A DNA stretch of 64,000 nucleotides from Octopus sinensis. Its lineage: Eukaryota. The stretch covers positions 53,010,001 through 53,074,000 of the forward strand of contig NC_043005.1 in NCBI RefSeq assembly GCF_006345805.1, given 5' to 3'. The notes under the pieces are model-generated. The model had not been told where the DNA came from. It ran no database searches and was given only the letters and a program-made list of their open reading frames with translations. A program made the translations under genes and the position numbers. Each line of letters begins with the position of its first letter. Position 1 is the stretch's first letter. Of this stretch, positions 13,494-26,979 are shown piece by piece.

Positions 13494-14233
13494 CACATCA
13501 TATATGATATATCATATATATATATATACATATATATATGATATATATATATAAATACACACACACATACACACATATATATTTATGTATATATATATAT
13601 ATATATATATATAACAACATACATTAATATATGTGTATATGTATATGTGTGTGTGTGTGTGTGTGAGTGTATATACTACGAGACCTACCTCACGTGTTCT
13701 TCATTCATATGCCACGTTAGCCGAGACAGCCGGACAGCAAGAGGTTTGTGATTCATATCATTAATTTCTATTAAGCTAAGACGAAGGAATTAGATCAAGG
13801 AATTATTTGAATCAATGTGTCAGATTACGAATAGTTGGCAAATTCTGGTGTAGAAAGAAAGCTCTTTAAGACAGTTCTTGCCTGTTGAGCTTAACTTTTG
13901 TCTGATGATTATTACAATGACACGTTGTTGATTAAAATTCATGCACCATTTTGTTTTTGACAGCAGATAATGATAAAAAGAATATTTAATCATTCCTTGT
14001 TCATTTTTGAAGTTCATTTAATCATTTTTACTTTTGCACCATCCCTAGGACTTCACTTCCTTTCTCCGATTTTCACATGGGGGGTAAATTTAGTTGACAA
14101 ATGTAGTTCACGTGTGTTCGCGTTTCTTCGCGTCTCTTCACGTGTTCCGGTGTGTCCTTCTATACATCAGTGCATTCGTTTTATACAAGTATGTGTTTGT
14201 GCATACGTGTATATCAGTGGATGTACGTAAGCA

Positions 14234-14327
<94 letters not shown>

Positions 14328-14385
14328 GTATGTATGTATGTATGTGTATGTAGTATGTATGTATTGATGTATGTATGTATGTATG

Positions 14386-14455
<70 letters not shown>

Positions 14456-14779
14456 AATGTGTGTCTGTCTTTGTAAGAACTAGTCGTTATGTTTTTGGGT
14501 TCCCGATTGTAAAAACACAAACCAATATTCTAATTATCATGAGCAAGACACTTAATTTCACGTACCCCCAGTATGCTCTGTCGTAATGAGTACCAACCAG
14601 GAGCCGTTCCACCCCTCTCTACCTCTACTTGTTACATTATGGACATTTTGCTATATGAGGGATCTTCATGCGTTTACTCGACTACAAAGTCAGGCGAAAC
14701 AAATAACAAAAGCATTGTACAGACTATCAGGTCATATACACTAGTCAGTGCCAGGTATTGGTTTATATATATATACATC

Positions 14780-15035
14780 ACGTGATCACGTGACCGACCA
14801 GTCCATCATATGTAGTTACACATCGCTGGTCACAATGCGTTCGCATTGATTTAGCCTTCGAAGACGCCACCCCCGCCCCGGCTGGCTAAGCGAGCAGGCC
14901 AACAGAATAAAGAGTGGGAGAAGAGTGGTGAAAGTACAGCAGGGATCACCACCCCCTGCCGGAGCCTCGTGGAGCTTTTAGGTGTTTTCGCTCAATAAAC
15001 ACTCACAACGCCCGGTCTGGGTATCGAAACTGCGA
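14780..15035 (-). mobile_element. SINE family C, head-truncated
   Basis: Matches 8382-8540 and 61390-61560. Confidence 0.8.
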
Positions 15036-15040
15036 ACCAC

Positions 15041-15412
15041 TCCAACCGCAGAACGGGGCGCCGCTGCGTGGTGCCAAGGATTCCAACATCACCATCAAAA
15101 TACAGGTCCAGATACTGCAACAGCTTGGGTTTCAGAGGACCACAGCTTTTCAACATCCTCCCTAAATGCCTGAGAGACTTACATGGTGTGGATGTGGGTT
15201 TCTTTAAAACTAAACTGGATCTCTTCTTGTTGGAAGTCCAGATGAACCTACCTCACGACAGGAGACGCGGATGCGGGCAGCATCATCGAACTCCCTTGTT
15301 GATCAAGTGCCCACGTATCAGAGGTGGATTCACAACTAGCGTGGCTCATTCAGCGGTGGTGCCCCGCATGGCCGCGGCCTTCGGGCTAAAACATTTTAAG
15401 GATTTTAAAGGA
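15041..15412 (+). mobile_element. CR1-like LINE 3' fragment
   Basis: RGPQLFNILPKCLRDL..FKTKLDLFL..V/PDEP..RAASSNSLVDQ, a typical CR1-group ORF2 C-terminus (one frameshift). Short (tttaagga)n tail. Confidence 0.75.
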
Positions 15413-15604
15413 TTTATATATATATTATTATATACATACTATACATACATACATATATAATATAATATTATATAATATTGTATTTTGTGCTTTGTAGTTG
15501 TGACGGCGTTCACCCAGTGCGGGTTGAGCCGGCTTCTTCTCTGGACCTAACGGCATCACGTTATCTATGTGTCTGTCTGTACGTATGTGTGTGTGTGTAT
15601 TATA

Positions 15605-15645
<41 letters not shown>

Positions 15646-16300
15646 ATATATATATATATATAATATATATACACACACACATATATTATATATATATGTA
15701 CATGCATACACACACAGATTCACGCACGCACACACATACGCGCAAACACATACATACACTACAACACGCATATACACGGTTGTTATTGGAGTGCACAGAA
15801 CTTGAACAATTTAATGCTTTATCTCATGCCATTTAGTTTACACTGAAGTTCAGAGTAGTCATGTGACATTCTAGGATACTTGTTTCAAGAATTCCCTTAT
15901 GTGTGTGTGTGCATCTCTATATTTATATATATGCATACCCAAACATATATGAATGCATACACACCTATATATATATATATAAAATCATAAAGGTGTCACT
16001 GTAATATAAATATATGATATTATAAGAGCATCAGCGCCAAGCAGTGATTTAGAATAAGCAAATTTCAGCTTAGTTAAAATATGTTTGTGACATATTTTAA
16101 CTTATAAATGCAAAGTCACTGCCGTCATCGCGGTGAAAAGAATTCTCTCTCGTGGTAAAAGATGTAGAAACACCATATTATATATACATACACACATACA
16201 CACACACATATACATATATACATGCTTACATAAATATATATATAATATGCATATATATGTATGATAACATAATATATGTATAAAACACACACACGTGTAT

Positions 16301-16373
<73 letters not shown>

Positions 16374-16478
16374 GATAACGTCTATCTGTCTATCTGTCTG
16401 TCTTTCTGTCTGTCTGTCTATGTATGTATGTATGTATGTATGTATGTATGTATGCATGTATGTATCTATCTATCCATG

Positions 16479-16565
<87 letters not shown>

Positions 16566-16700
16566 ATACACGTCAGCACATTTGCACTGAGTGATGCTGA
16601 TATACATATTCAATTTAATTCACTTCAGTCCATTGTCTCAGTATACTCCAAAAGAGAAATGTGAGGCACAGCATATATATATATATATATATATATATAG

Positions 16701-16731
<31 letters not shown>

Positions 16732-16732
16732 G

Positions 16733-16778
<46 letters not shown>

Positions 16779-17054
16779 ATGTATATATATATATCATATA
16801 TATATATATGCATATATATATGTTTGCATGTATGTAAGTATGTATATATATATACATATATATATTTGGTAATTGTGTGTGTGTGCGTTCTCACGTAGAT
16901 ACGTATATTAAACATTATATGTATCTATACGTATGCATTTGCATAAGTATGCTTACACACATATACGCATTAATACACACAGACATAGATATACATATAT
17001 ACATACATATATATATACATATCTATATATATATATGTTATATATATGTATATA

Positions 17055-17118
<64 letters not shown>

Positions 17119-18940
17119 AATCACATAAGTTATGCGAAGGGCTGAGGGAATACAAATTATAATGACAAAGCGTGTGTCCAGTCAATGTTGGCAATATTTG
17201 CATAAATGACCTTCATTAACTACCAAATTCCAATCACCGTATTTTGTGAACAGAATGGCACGATGGAAATTTCATTAGACAATCTCTGTAGAGTTTATGC
17301 TGTTTAATATTATCTTCATGTTATCTCTGATCTTCCCTCTTGAATTTGTTCGCTTTACTGATGTACTCTTAGGTAGACTTTGATAATTTAAATATATTTA
17401 CTCTTGTGGTAGTAGTAGTTGTAGTAGTTGCTGTTATTGTTGTTTAACCGCAGGTCGGCCATGACCAAGCAGAAATGTTATTAACAACGTTCAGGCTGTG
17501 ATAGTATTATATTTTCTTTTCTGGTATAATTTCAACTAAATTTACCTATTCCAGCAGAGTGTGATTTGAGATTGATTTGACTGCTATTTTTACAATGTCG
17601 AACAATCGCCTGCATTAAAAAGAAAAAAAGGAATATTGATATATGTCGAAGGGTCAAGCGAAGACGCCATTTGAAATTTTCACTTGCGACCCGTAGATTC
17701 TCTCTGATTAAAGCTGGCATTTAACCATAGACCATTCCAGATCGAGCAGACATGATCAAAGCAGATGTATCATCAAAAGGACGTCCATTTTGTTTCCTTG
17801 TATATCTATAACTACATATTCTTAATTTTTTTAAAATATCACTTGCTGTAGATTTAGCTTTGTTACAGCCTTCAATCCAGACTTCCAGTCTTCTATCACT
17901 CGTGTCATTTACTCATACACACACATCTGTAGACATTGCATCCACAACACTCTTGCTAGATTGTGAGGTCCTCTAAAGACCAACCGGCATTCACAATCGA
18001 GTATGACTTGGTATCGACATGTATCATAGTTTTTCACATGGGTTTACAGTGCCCATATAATCTCTCGAATATCCAACCTATGACCAAGTAGAATTAAAGG
18101 GATATAATCTATGGTATGAATATTATATTATCCCTTCTTAGAGCGATAGCTATGTCTTTCTACCGTGTCGAACTTTACTAACAGACAGAAGAACCAGTAT
18201 CAACTTGTGAGAACTAAAGAGTCTCAATTTTTGATACCATAAACGGACATCTTACATACTGTTGCCATTTATTGCATGTATATTGTTGCTACTGGTGTTG
18301 CAGTTTATTGTAGCCCTTTTTGTTGCCAATCCTGATTAAACATTTTGAATTAAATGAATTTTAGAAGTGACCATTATTTGTAGGCCTAGTACACTCGCTA
18401 TTTTTTTAATAGCAAGGTACGATGGAAAGAAATTTAGGCGCTATTTTTTCCAGAGGCTGGAGCTAAAATGCAGAAACATCCACGTTGGCTCGTCCTACAT
18501 GTCGAATAATCAACCAACTCAGTCGTTCACGGACCCAACTACAGGAGGTAGTATTTATCAGCTGCTTTCATCAATCAGCTTCCTGTGTGTAATGGAATCT
18601 GTTGAAGTAGAGCTGACGAAAACATTTAAAAATGAAAACAAAATGGTCACCAACAAGAAGTCGTCAACAACAACAAACGATCACCAACAATTACAACAAC
18701 AACAGTAATGACAGGGACATTCGGGGGCCTTTGATTTAAGCAAAGTTAAAATTTTTCTGGTTAAAAACATCACTCACAGACTTGGCACTTCATCAATGTA
18801 TATCAAATCGCTTCCTGAACATTTCCTATGTAAATACGCACTGATGAAAACGCACGTACACAGATACACGATTAAGATATCACCTATTGACACACACACA
18901 TGCACACACAAACACACACACAAACATAAACACAAACACA

Positions 18941-18982
<42 letters not shown>

Positions 18983-18988
18983 CACACA

Positions 18989-19028
<40 letters not shown>

Positions 19029-20983
19029 CTCTCTCTCTCTCTCTCTCATAAACGAATGCACACAAATGCACACACGTTCTCACGTATATACATCAGCATA
19101 TACCCCCAGAAAAAGCAAACACACACACACACACACACATACACACACACACGCATATATATATATATATATGTGTGTGCGTGTGTGTATTCTCAAGCAC
19201 ATTCACGCTTGCAAATATACTGACATTTATAATGGCAGTGGAAATAATCAGAATTCAGATACACGTGTACACACAAACACGCACGAGCGCATAGGTGTAA
19301 TCTACGCATATATCACCATTGTAATACACGCAAGCATGCGTACACACACACACACAAGCATGCGTACACACACACAGACACACACAGACTCACACACACA
19401 CACATTCACACACATACACATACGCACCAGTGCGTTTATACCCACGTAAACTAGCGCATACTGTGCATGCAAACACATACTCATACATATTAACAATTTG
19501 ATATATATACGTATTTATGTTTCTTTGGGAATTCCGTTTTACCCATCGCAGAATTCAATTTTGTTAAATCATGATCCCTGAGATGGTTTCCCCTTGCATT
19601 TATGTATGCGTGTTGTGCGTATGTGTTAGTATGTGAGTAAACTTGCGCTCATGAGAGCACGTGTCATAATAGAACGAATGTTTTATTACTATTTATATGT
19701 ATGCATATATATGGGTATACGGGTATTTGAAAATGAGTCTGCGAGTATTTGAAATGCGTGTGTGGGTATTTGTATGAGAATGCTGGTATTTGAAAATACC
19801 TCAGTGTGACGGACGTGCTTTGCATAGACATAGGCTGCCCTCTGGCAAAGCATAGCATCCGTTCAGCCATCCTGTCAGAGATACGGCGAGGTCATGGGAC
19901 TGCTGCATGAAGGATTGTGAAGAGGGTGGTGGAAGAACCCAAGTGAGCCAACATTGATACTGAGCAGAGAAATACTAGGAGATCAACGGCCAAACTCTAT
20001 CAAAAGAGTAACTGCAACGCATCTCTAGGGGCGACATCCATGACTGTGTATTCAGCTAATGAAAGATTCACTGTGACTCATGCTCCTAATTCAAATTCAT
20101 AATAATGGAATTGGATAGCGACAGCGAGTCATGGGAATCCGGGAAAGCAACGAAAGAAGTACACGTTTTCTACCATATATACGTGGTTGTGTGCCTCACC
20201 CTGGTACCTCAAATGGAGAATCTCTGTTCCTCTAATCGATAGTATACGGAGAACGCAAATCAGTCTGTTTTGTTCTTTTGGGGCTACCCATGCATTTTTA
20301 GGTTTCCATGTAGATCCATTGTTTCGTAGTCCAGTACACCTGTGATGACAACAACAAATGAAAATCTACAGCCTGGGTATAAGTGCCGTAGGTTTTCTCA
20401 TCTATTTTCCAGAGACGTTCACCTTTTGCCCAAACTTTGAAGAGTAATTCACATCTGTTGAATAGTTAATCACTACAACGATATATGCCTTTTGTTCCTT
20501 GTTCCATTCAGTCATACCTAAATTGTCATGCTTATACCGGGTTGTGCTTTTTATTGGAATGTTCCACCAGTATTCTTCTTTATGTATGTAGTATGCATAT
20601 ATGTACGAATATATTCTCGTCTATTTTTAAATATCTAAAATCTTTCTCCGATGAAAGAGCTGGCTTCTAACAAAGAAACAAAGCTCTATCGTTGGAACGT
20701 TGATAATAAAAAAACAATGTCACATTTTAAGCTTGAGAAAAGTCTTACAGAATCTCACTGTTCCACTAAAAGATTATATTTGTAATGTGCGAGCTAGTTG
20801 GTAGATTTCTTTTTCAAGAAACTCCAGCTAATCCAGGTTGTTACTGAGGCCGCTACAAAACCGTGTGCACCAGTTATTATTGGTATAAATGTTAAATTAT
20901 AATCTGGATATAGAAGCTGGAAGTTTCGAAGCACCCCCTCTTTTTCTTATATTTTCAAAAAGATATTCACGTATGTAAGTATG

Positions 20984-21017
<34 letters not shown>

Positions 21018-21067
21018 TATATGTATGTATGTATGTATCCATCTGTCTGTCGGCCTGTCTGACGGAC

Positions 21068-21133
<66 letters not shown>

Positions 21134-21232
21134 CAATCTGTTTATCAATCTATCTAGATATAGAATGAGAGGACAAGACTCCGTATATATACATACATAA
21201 TACATATTCACACATACACAAAATACACACAC

Positions 21233-21297
<65 letters not shown>

Positions 21298-21421
21298 CAC
21301 ACATATATATGTATTTATAGACGTATAATTACACACACACACACACATACGTATGTATTCCTTTGTACACAATCACTATATCTATTTTGTCTATGTATCT
21401 CTTTCGCTCACTTTCTCTCTG

Positions 21422-21458
<37 letters not shown>

Positions 21459-21720
21459 CAATGTTAGCACGCACATATTTATATATACATTTACGCACAC
21501 ACACACACGCACATACACGCTCACACACATCCACACTCCCACACTTTCACAGCCAGTTTTATTTAATTTTTAATATCCCACATTTCCTTTTGAAAAGAAA
21601 CAAAAAAACCATAACTACAAACTAACTGCGTACATTTACGAAGTTATTAGGTATACACAGATTTATGAACACACACAAACACACAAACACAAACACACAC
21701 ACACATATATATATACACAC

Positions 21721-22536
21721 ATACACTCAAACTCACTTATATATTCATATTGATATACCATTACATATTTGTACAAATTCAACCTCTTTGCTTTCTCCCT
21801 ATGCAAGCCAAGTATTATACATATTTATAAGGAGAGTATACCAAGTGTTTACTTCTTTACTCTCATATATGTAATTATAGCGAAGAAACAGATAGAGACA
21901 AATTTTAACTGAGTCATAGTCTCTACACAGACACATTAACGCGCGCACCTGCACACAGACACACTCACAAATCACAGAAACTTATATATTAATATATGTA
22001 TGCAATATGTATGCACACGCGCATATGTATATCTATATCTATATCTATATCTATATCTATATATATATACATACATACATATACATATATATATATATAT
22101 ATATATATTTATATGTATATATATATACATACACGCATATATATGTATATGTATAAATTAAAACGGAATATATAATTAAATATACGTATATATACAACAC
22201 ACATATATATACACACATACACTCAAACTCACTTATATATTCATATTGATATACCATTACATATTTGTACAAATTCAACCTCTTTGCTTTCTCCCTATGC
22301 AAGCCAAGTATTATACATATTTATAAGGAGAGTATACCAAGTGTTTACTTCTTTACTCTCATATATGTAATTATAGCGAAGAAACAGATAGAGACAAATT
22401 TTAACTGAGTCATAGTCTCTACACAGACACATTAACGCGCGCACCTGCACACAGACACACTCACAAATCACAGAAACTTATATATTAATATATGTATGCA
22501 ATATGTATGCACACGCGCATATGTATATCTATATCT

Positions 22537-22567
<31 letters not shown>

Positions 22568-22595
22568 TACATACATACATATACATATATATATA

Positions 22596-22626
<31 letters not shown>

Positions 22627-22710
22627 CATACACGCATATATATGTATATGTATAAATTAAAACGGAATATATAATTAAATATACGTATATATACACACAC
22701 ACATATATAT
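21721..22710. repeat. Tandem duplication, period 496 bp
   Basis: atacactcaaactcacttat... at 21721 and 22217; unique parts essentially identical. Confidence 0.9.
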
Positions 22711-23512
22711 ACACGTATACATACTTATACATATGTATATGCGTACGCGCACATACATATATATGTACATATATGCATATTCATATACATATATTATAAT
22801 ATATATATATATAATATATATATATATTATATATATATATATAATATATATATATATATATTATATATATATATATATACATACATACACATATCTATAT
22901 TCAAATTTATATAATATTTTTGAATATATATTTGAATTAATATATACATAAATATGTGTGCACGTGTGTGTGTGTATAGGTGCGAGAGTGAGTGTGTATG
23001 AGTGCATGTGTATGTGTGCGTACGTCTGTTTGTGCGCATATGTGCGGGTGTACATGTGTGTGTGTTTGTGTGTGCGCGTGTGTGAAGAATAAGCAATAAG
23101 GTATGAATTTAATTGGTAACAATTGCTGCCCCAATAATTATCTGGTGTCACAGAGAGGCCACCAAAGAAATTATCAAAAGCAGATTATTCATGACGATAT
23201 ACTATAAACCAAACAAAGAAATTTAAATTATGGGAACGCCAGTTTAAGGCCAACAAAGAATTTAGGTGCAATAAACGTTTGTTTTCTGTTGTCGCGAAAG
23301 AAATGAGGTCGCGAACCAAACGTTCTTTATTTGCTTAATTGAAACCGTTACAACGTCTCACTTGCAGCATCGTATTTTTTATCATATTCTGGCTTAAAAA
23401 AAATAAAGCAAGCAAACAAAAAGCAAATGACTTGTTGTTATTGTCCATTTCCTCACCGCATATGTCACTGCATAGCATATCAATGACACTAATACCAAAT
23501 ATGTTCTTTTAC

Positions 23513-23602
<90 letters not shown>

Positions 23603-24936
23603 TTGTGTATCTGTGTGTCTGTCTGTCTGTCTGTTTAAACAGGTGAGTACATAAATGCAAAAGAAGGTGGAAAGCAAAACTGTCCTCTGAACGGGGACGT
23701 GAAACTCTGAGTAACAGCTTTGCGATAATTTTGAAGTATAAATGAAAGCATATCTACCTATCTACACACACATACACACTCACAGACACACAGACACAGA
23801 CACACACACACATATATGTATATACATATACACATATACATACATATATTTATGATATATTTACTGCTGAGAAAACCGCGCGAGTGTGGTGGATTTTGAA
23901 AATTTATAGCATATAGACTCGAGGCATGTTTATTATCGCCTCGTGAATATATGGTAGTCCTTGGCTTTTCTGCTGAAGAGGCAACGCCAGTGGTAAATAA
24001 ATTTATTTTATTTACAAAAGATTGCCGAAACTATGCATAGTCCAGAAAGGAGAGGATAAACGTTTTTATTTCTCTTTCCATTTCAGAATTACAACTATTA
24101 GTGGTTTGGAGTTTAGCTGCTCATTCTAGTGAGTCGGATGTCCTTTTATGGCCATCCCTTATATGTTTGAATACATATATTTATATGTATTTAATTAGTA
24201 TATAATTGAGACGGGAGACATGATTAAATAAGCATTCCATTTGAGACTATCCCATCGATGATTTCTTCAATTATAATGAGGGTAGGACTACGTTATATTT
24301 TTATCTTTTATCTCTTGTCTTTTATTTACACGCACACACACACATACACTACGGTTTTCCAGTTTCCGTCTACCAAATCCACCTATTCGTCAAAATTGTA
24401 AGGAGAAATTTGAAGGAGATTTCTCAGGTATTTTAACGATTCATTGTACCAGATCACTTCAAAGCTCCATCGTTAGCCAGATACATTCCCTGATGTACCA
24501 TTAGTAAGCGTTCCAACCATGACCATTCAAGTATTTCCCAGACAAAGTGTATCTGGCACTACATTATCTAACACATTGTTTTTATTTTTCTTAAATATGG
24601 TACGTTGTCGTTTGAAGGAAATTTGGTTGCTATTTCTAACAGATCAACAAACAACATAGAAGCAGCCAAGACGTCTAATATTAATGGTATTTTGATATCA
24701 ATGAAAGTAATCGGTTTAATGATAGAATTAAAGAACATAATTTAATAGAACTTTGTCTATTAAATTATTATTTATGTCAAGCAGATCTGTCTGATACTGT
24801 CGTGAGAATCCAAACATGTTCCAGCTTATAGCAACTATGCAGTGATTTATAAGCTCTAACAATATGCTTTGTGTTAATACCAGAATTTATCATTATCGTT
24901 ATCGTTATTGCTATTATTATTATTTTACTTCTCAAA

Positions 24937-25232
24937 GCGGCGAGTTGGCAGAATCGTTAGCACACCCGACGAAATGCTTAGCGGTATTTCGTCTGCCGTT
25001 ACGTTGTGAGTTCAAATTCCGCCGAGGTCGACTTTGCCTTTCATCCTCTCGGGGTCGATAAATTAATTACCAGTTACACACTGGGGTCGATGTAATCGAC
25101 TTAATCCGTTTGTCTGTCCTTATTTGTCCCCTCTGTGTTTAGCCCCTTGTGTGTAGTAAAGAAATAGGTATATCGTCTGCCGCTACGTTCTGAGTTTAAA
25201 TCCCTCCGAGGTCGACTTTGCCTTTCATCCTG
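24937..25232 (+). mobile_element. SINE family A (1.3 units)
   Basis: gcggcgagttggcagaatcgttagcac head, full body, start of a second unit. Confidence 0.88.
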
Positions 25233-25558
25233 ATCTGATCTGGGGCGCAGATCTGATCTGTACAGGCAATGTCAATTTGAGGAAGAGAGTGAGCTCATGA
25301 ATAGCGCAAACATGTGGTTACTATGAACAAATTATCTGTACGGGATGTTCAGCAACTTCCGATAATTATCGAACGATAATATTGTTCGATGTTGGCAGTG
25401 TCTGCAACGTAAGTTGCTGGGATATAGACGAGCTGAGTCACAGACGAACAAGAACAGAAAAAAGATTAATAGAAACGAACGAAAAATTAACACCAAGAGC
25501 TCCATATAAATGCCTCTCCATTCGGATAGACTGTAAAAAAATGAGTATCGTGTTTACA

Positions 25559-25817
25559 TTTTGTACCGTTAGTCTTTGCATCTTTTTATGGACAAAACAG
25601 TCGAAAGACATCTGCTATATTCTTCTTTTATGTAGTTTTTCAAACGTATGGAGAAAGCCACTTAATTTGTAAGGCCAAGCCATCGCGTTTAAATTTTGTA
25701 CCGTTGGTCTTTGCATCTTTTTATGGACAATGCAGTCGAAACGACATCTGCTATATTCTTCTTTTATTTGGTCTTTCAAAGGTATGGATAAAGCTACTTA
25801 GTTTGTGAGGTCAAAGC
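25559..25817. repeat. Diverged tandem duplication, ~136-bp unit
   Basis: ttttgtaccgtt.gtctttgcatctttttatggacaa... twice, with many substitutions. Confidence 0.85.
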
Positions 25818-26979
25818 ACATTAATTTCCATTTTGCCCTTTTTTAAATAAATAGTTCTGGCAGAAATGCGGTGTCCTTATGAATACAAAATAGCAACTGT
25901 TCTATTAAAAATTACTACCTTTTCAAATATTAAGAATTTCAAAGTTGCTGGCAATTCTAACTGATGTGCATACATTTCTCATTCGGTGTTGATTGTATTT
26001 TGGGGTAAGTTTCAATGTAGTTGTTGTCGTCGCCGAGTGAGTTCTCAAAACCACTTATCAAACCATTATGTTTTTAGGAATTACAACATATTTCATACCT
26101 GATACATGCATATTTTGCTGCAAAGAAGGTTGATTTATTCATTTATGTTTATTGCTCTATGCTCGTAGAAAAGTTTTCTTTTCTTTTTTGCTGCTTGTAG
26201 GTGTTGATAGATGCCATTGCAAATCGAGTTTGACGAAACGAATGCCTAACATGTTCAAAAAAGGTATTTCTTTTTCTTTTCCAAAAATCATTTAAATAAA
26301 AACACCTGCTTTTGAAAATAGGGTTACGCAACAAAAGTATATGAAGATATAAATCTACTTTACGAAGGTTTAATCTAAAGGATATCTAGTCGGAACAAAA
26401 AAGAGAAAATATATTAAATAAGCGATAAAAGCTATTTCATTAACACTGAAGTGGCTGCTAGATTCAACGATATTCTTGGTTTTGAATATGATGCAGCTAA
26501 AAAATAATAGAAAAAAATTCTAAAATAAATCAAGCTACTAGAAACCTAATAATTATTCTTTAAATTTCAGAGCAAAATTCAAAACAGATACTAATATAAA
26601 ATATAGTACACATACGTACCATTGAATACAATATTATATAAACATATATTTACATTATAGGATTGGGACTTGGAAAACTTGAATTAAAAATGAGATATAA
26701 AAAATAATACACTATTTTTGTAAACAGGAATATTGCAAAATTCATAAAAAGATAGTGTTTTTTGCTGCTATCTTATTGAATTAAGACTGTAAATGAAAAT
26801 AACAATAATATATAATTAATGCTAAAAGTAGTTTACTCGACCGAAGTGCTTTTACGAATTCTCATAGAATAAGATTGAAAGATAGCGTTTGCAAGATCTC
26901 GTGAGCAACGATCATAAAAGTGAAAATAGGGGAATGTATAAGAAAAAAGAGAATGTATTTTGTCATATCAGTTTTCTGT

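Noticed and set aside
18367-18708. 113-aa ORF / candidate exon with ttttttccag acceptor
   Set aside because: No recognisable domain, weak donor, no partner exons.
19800-20450. Possible LINE endonuclease remnant
   Set aside because: Coding-like, but no motif I could read with confidence.
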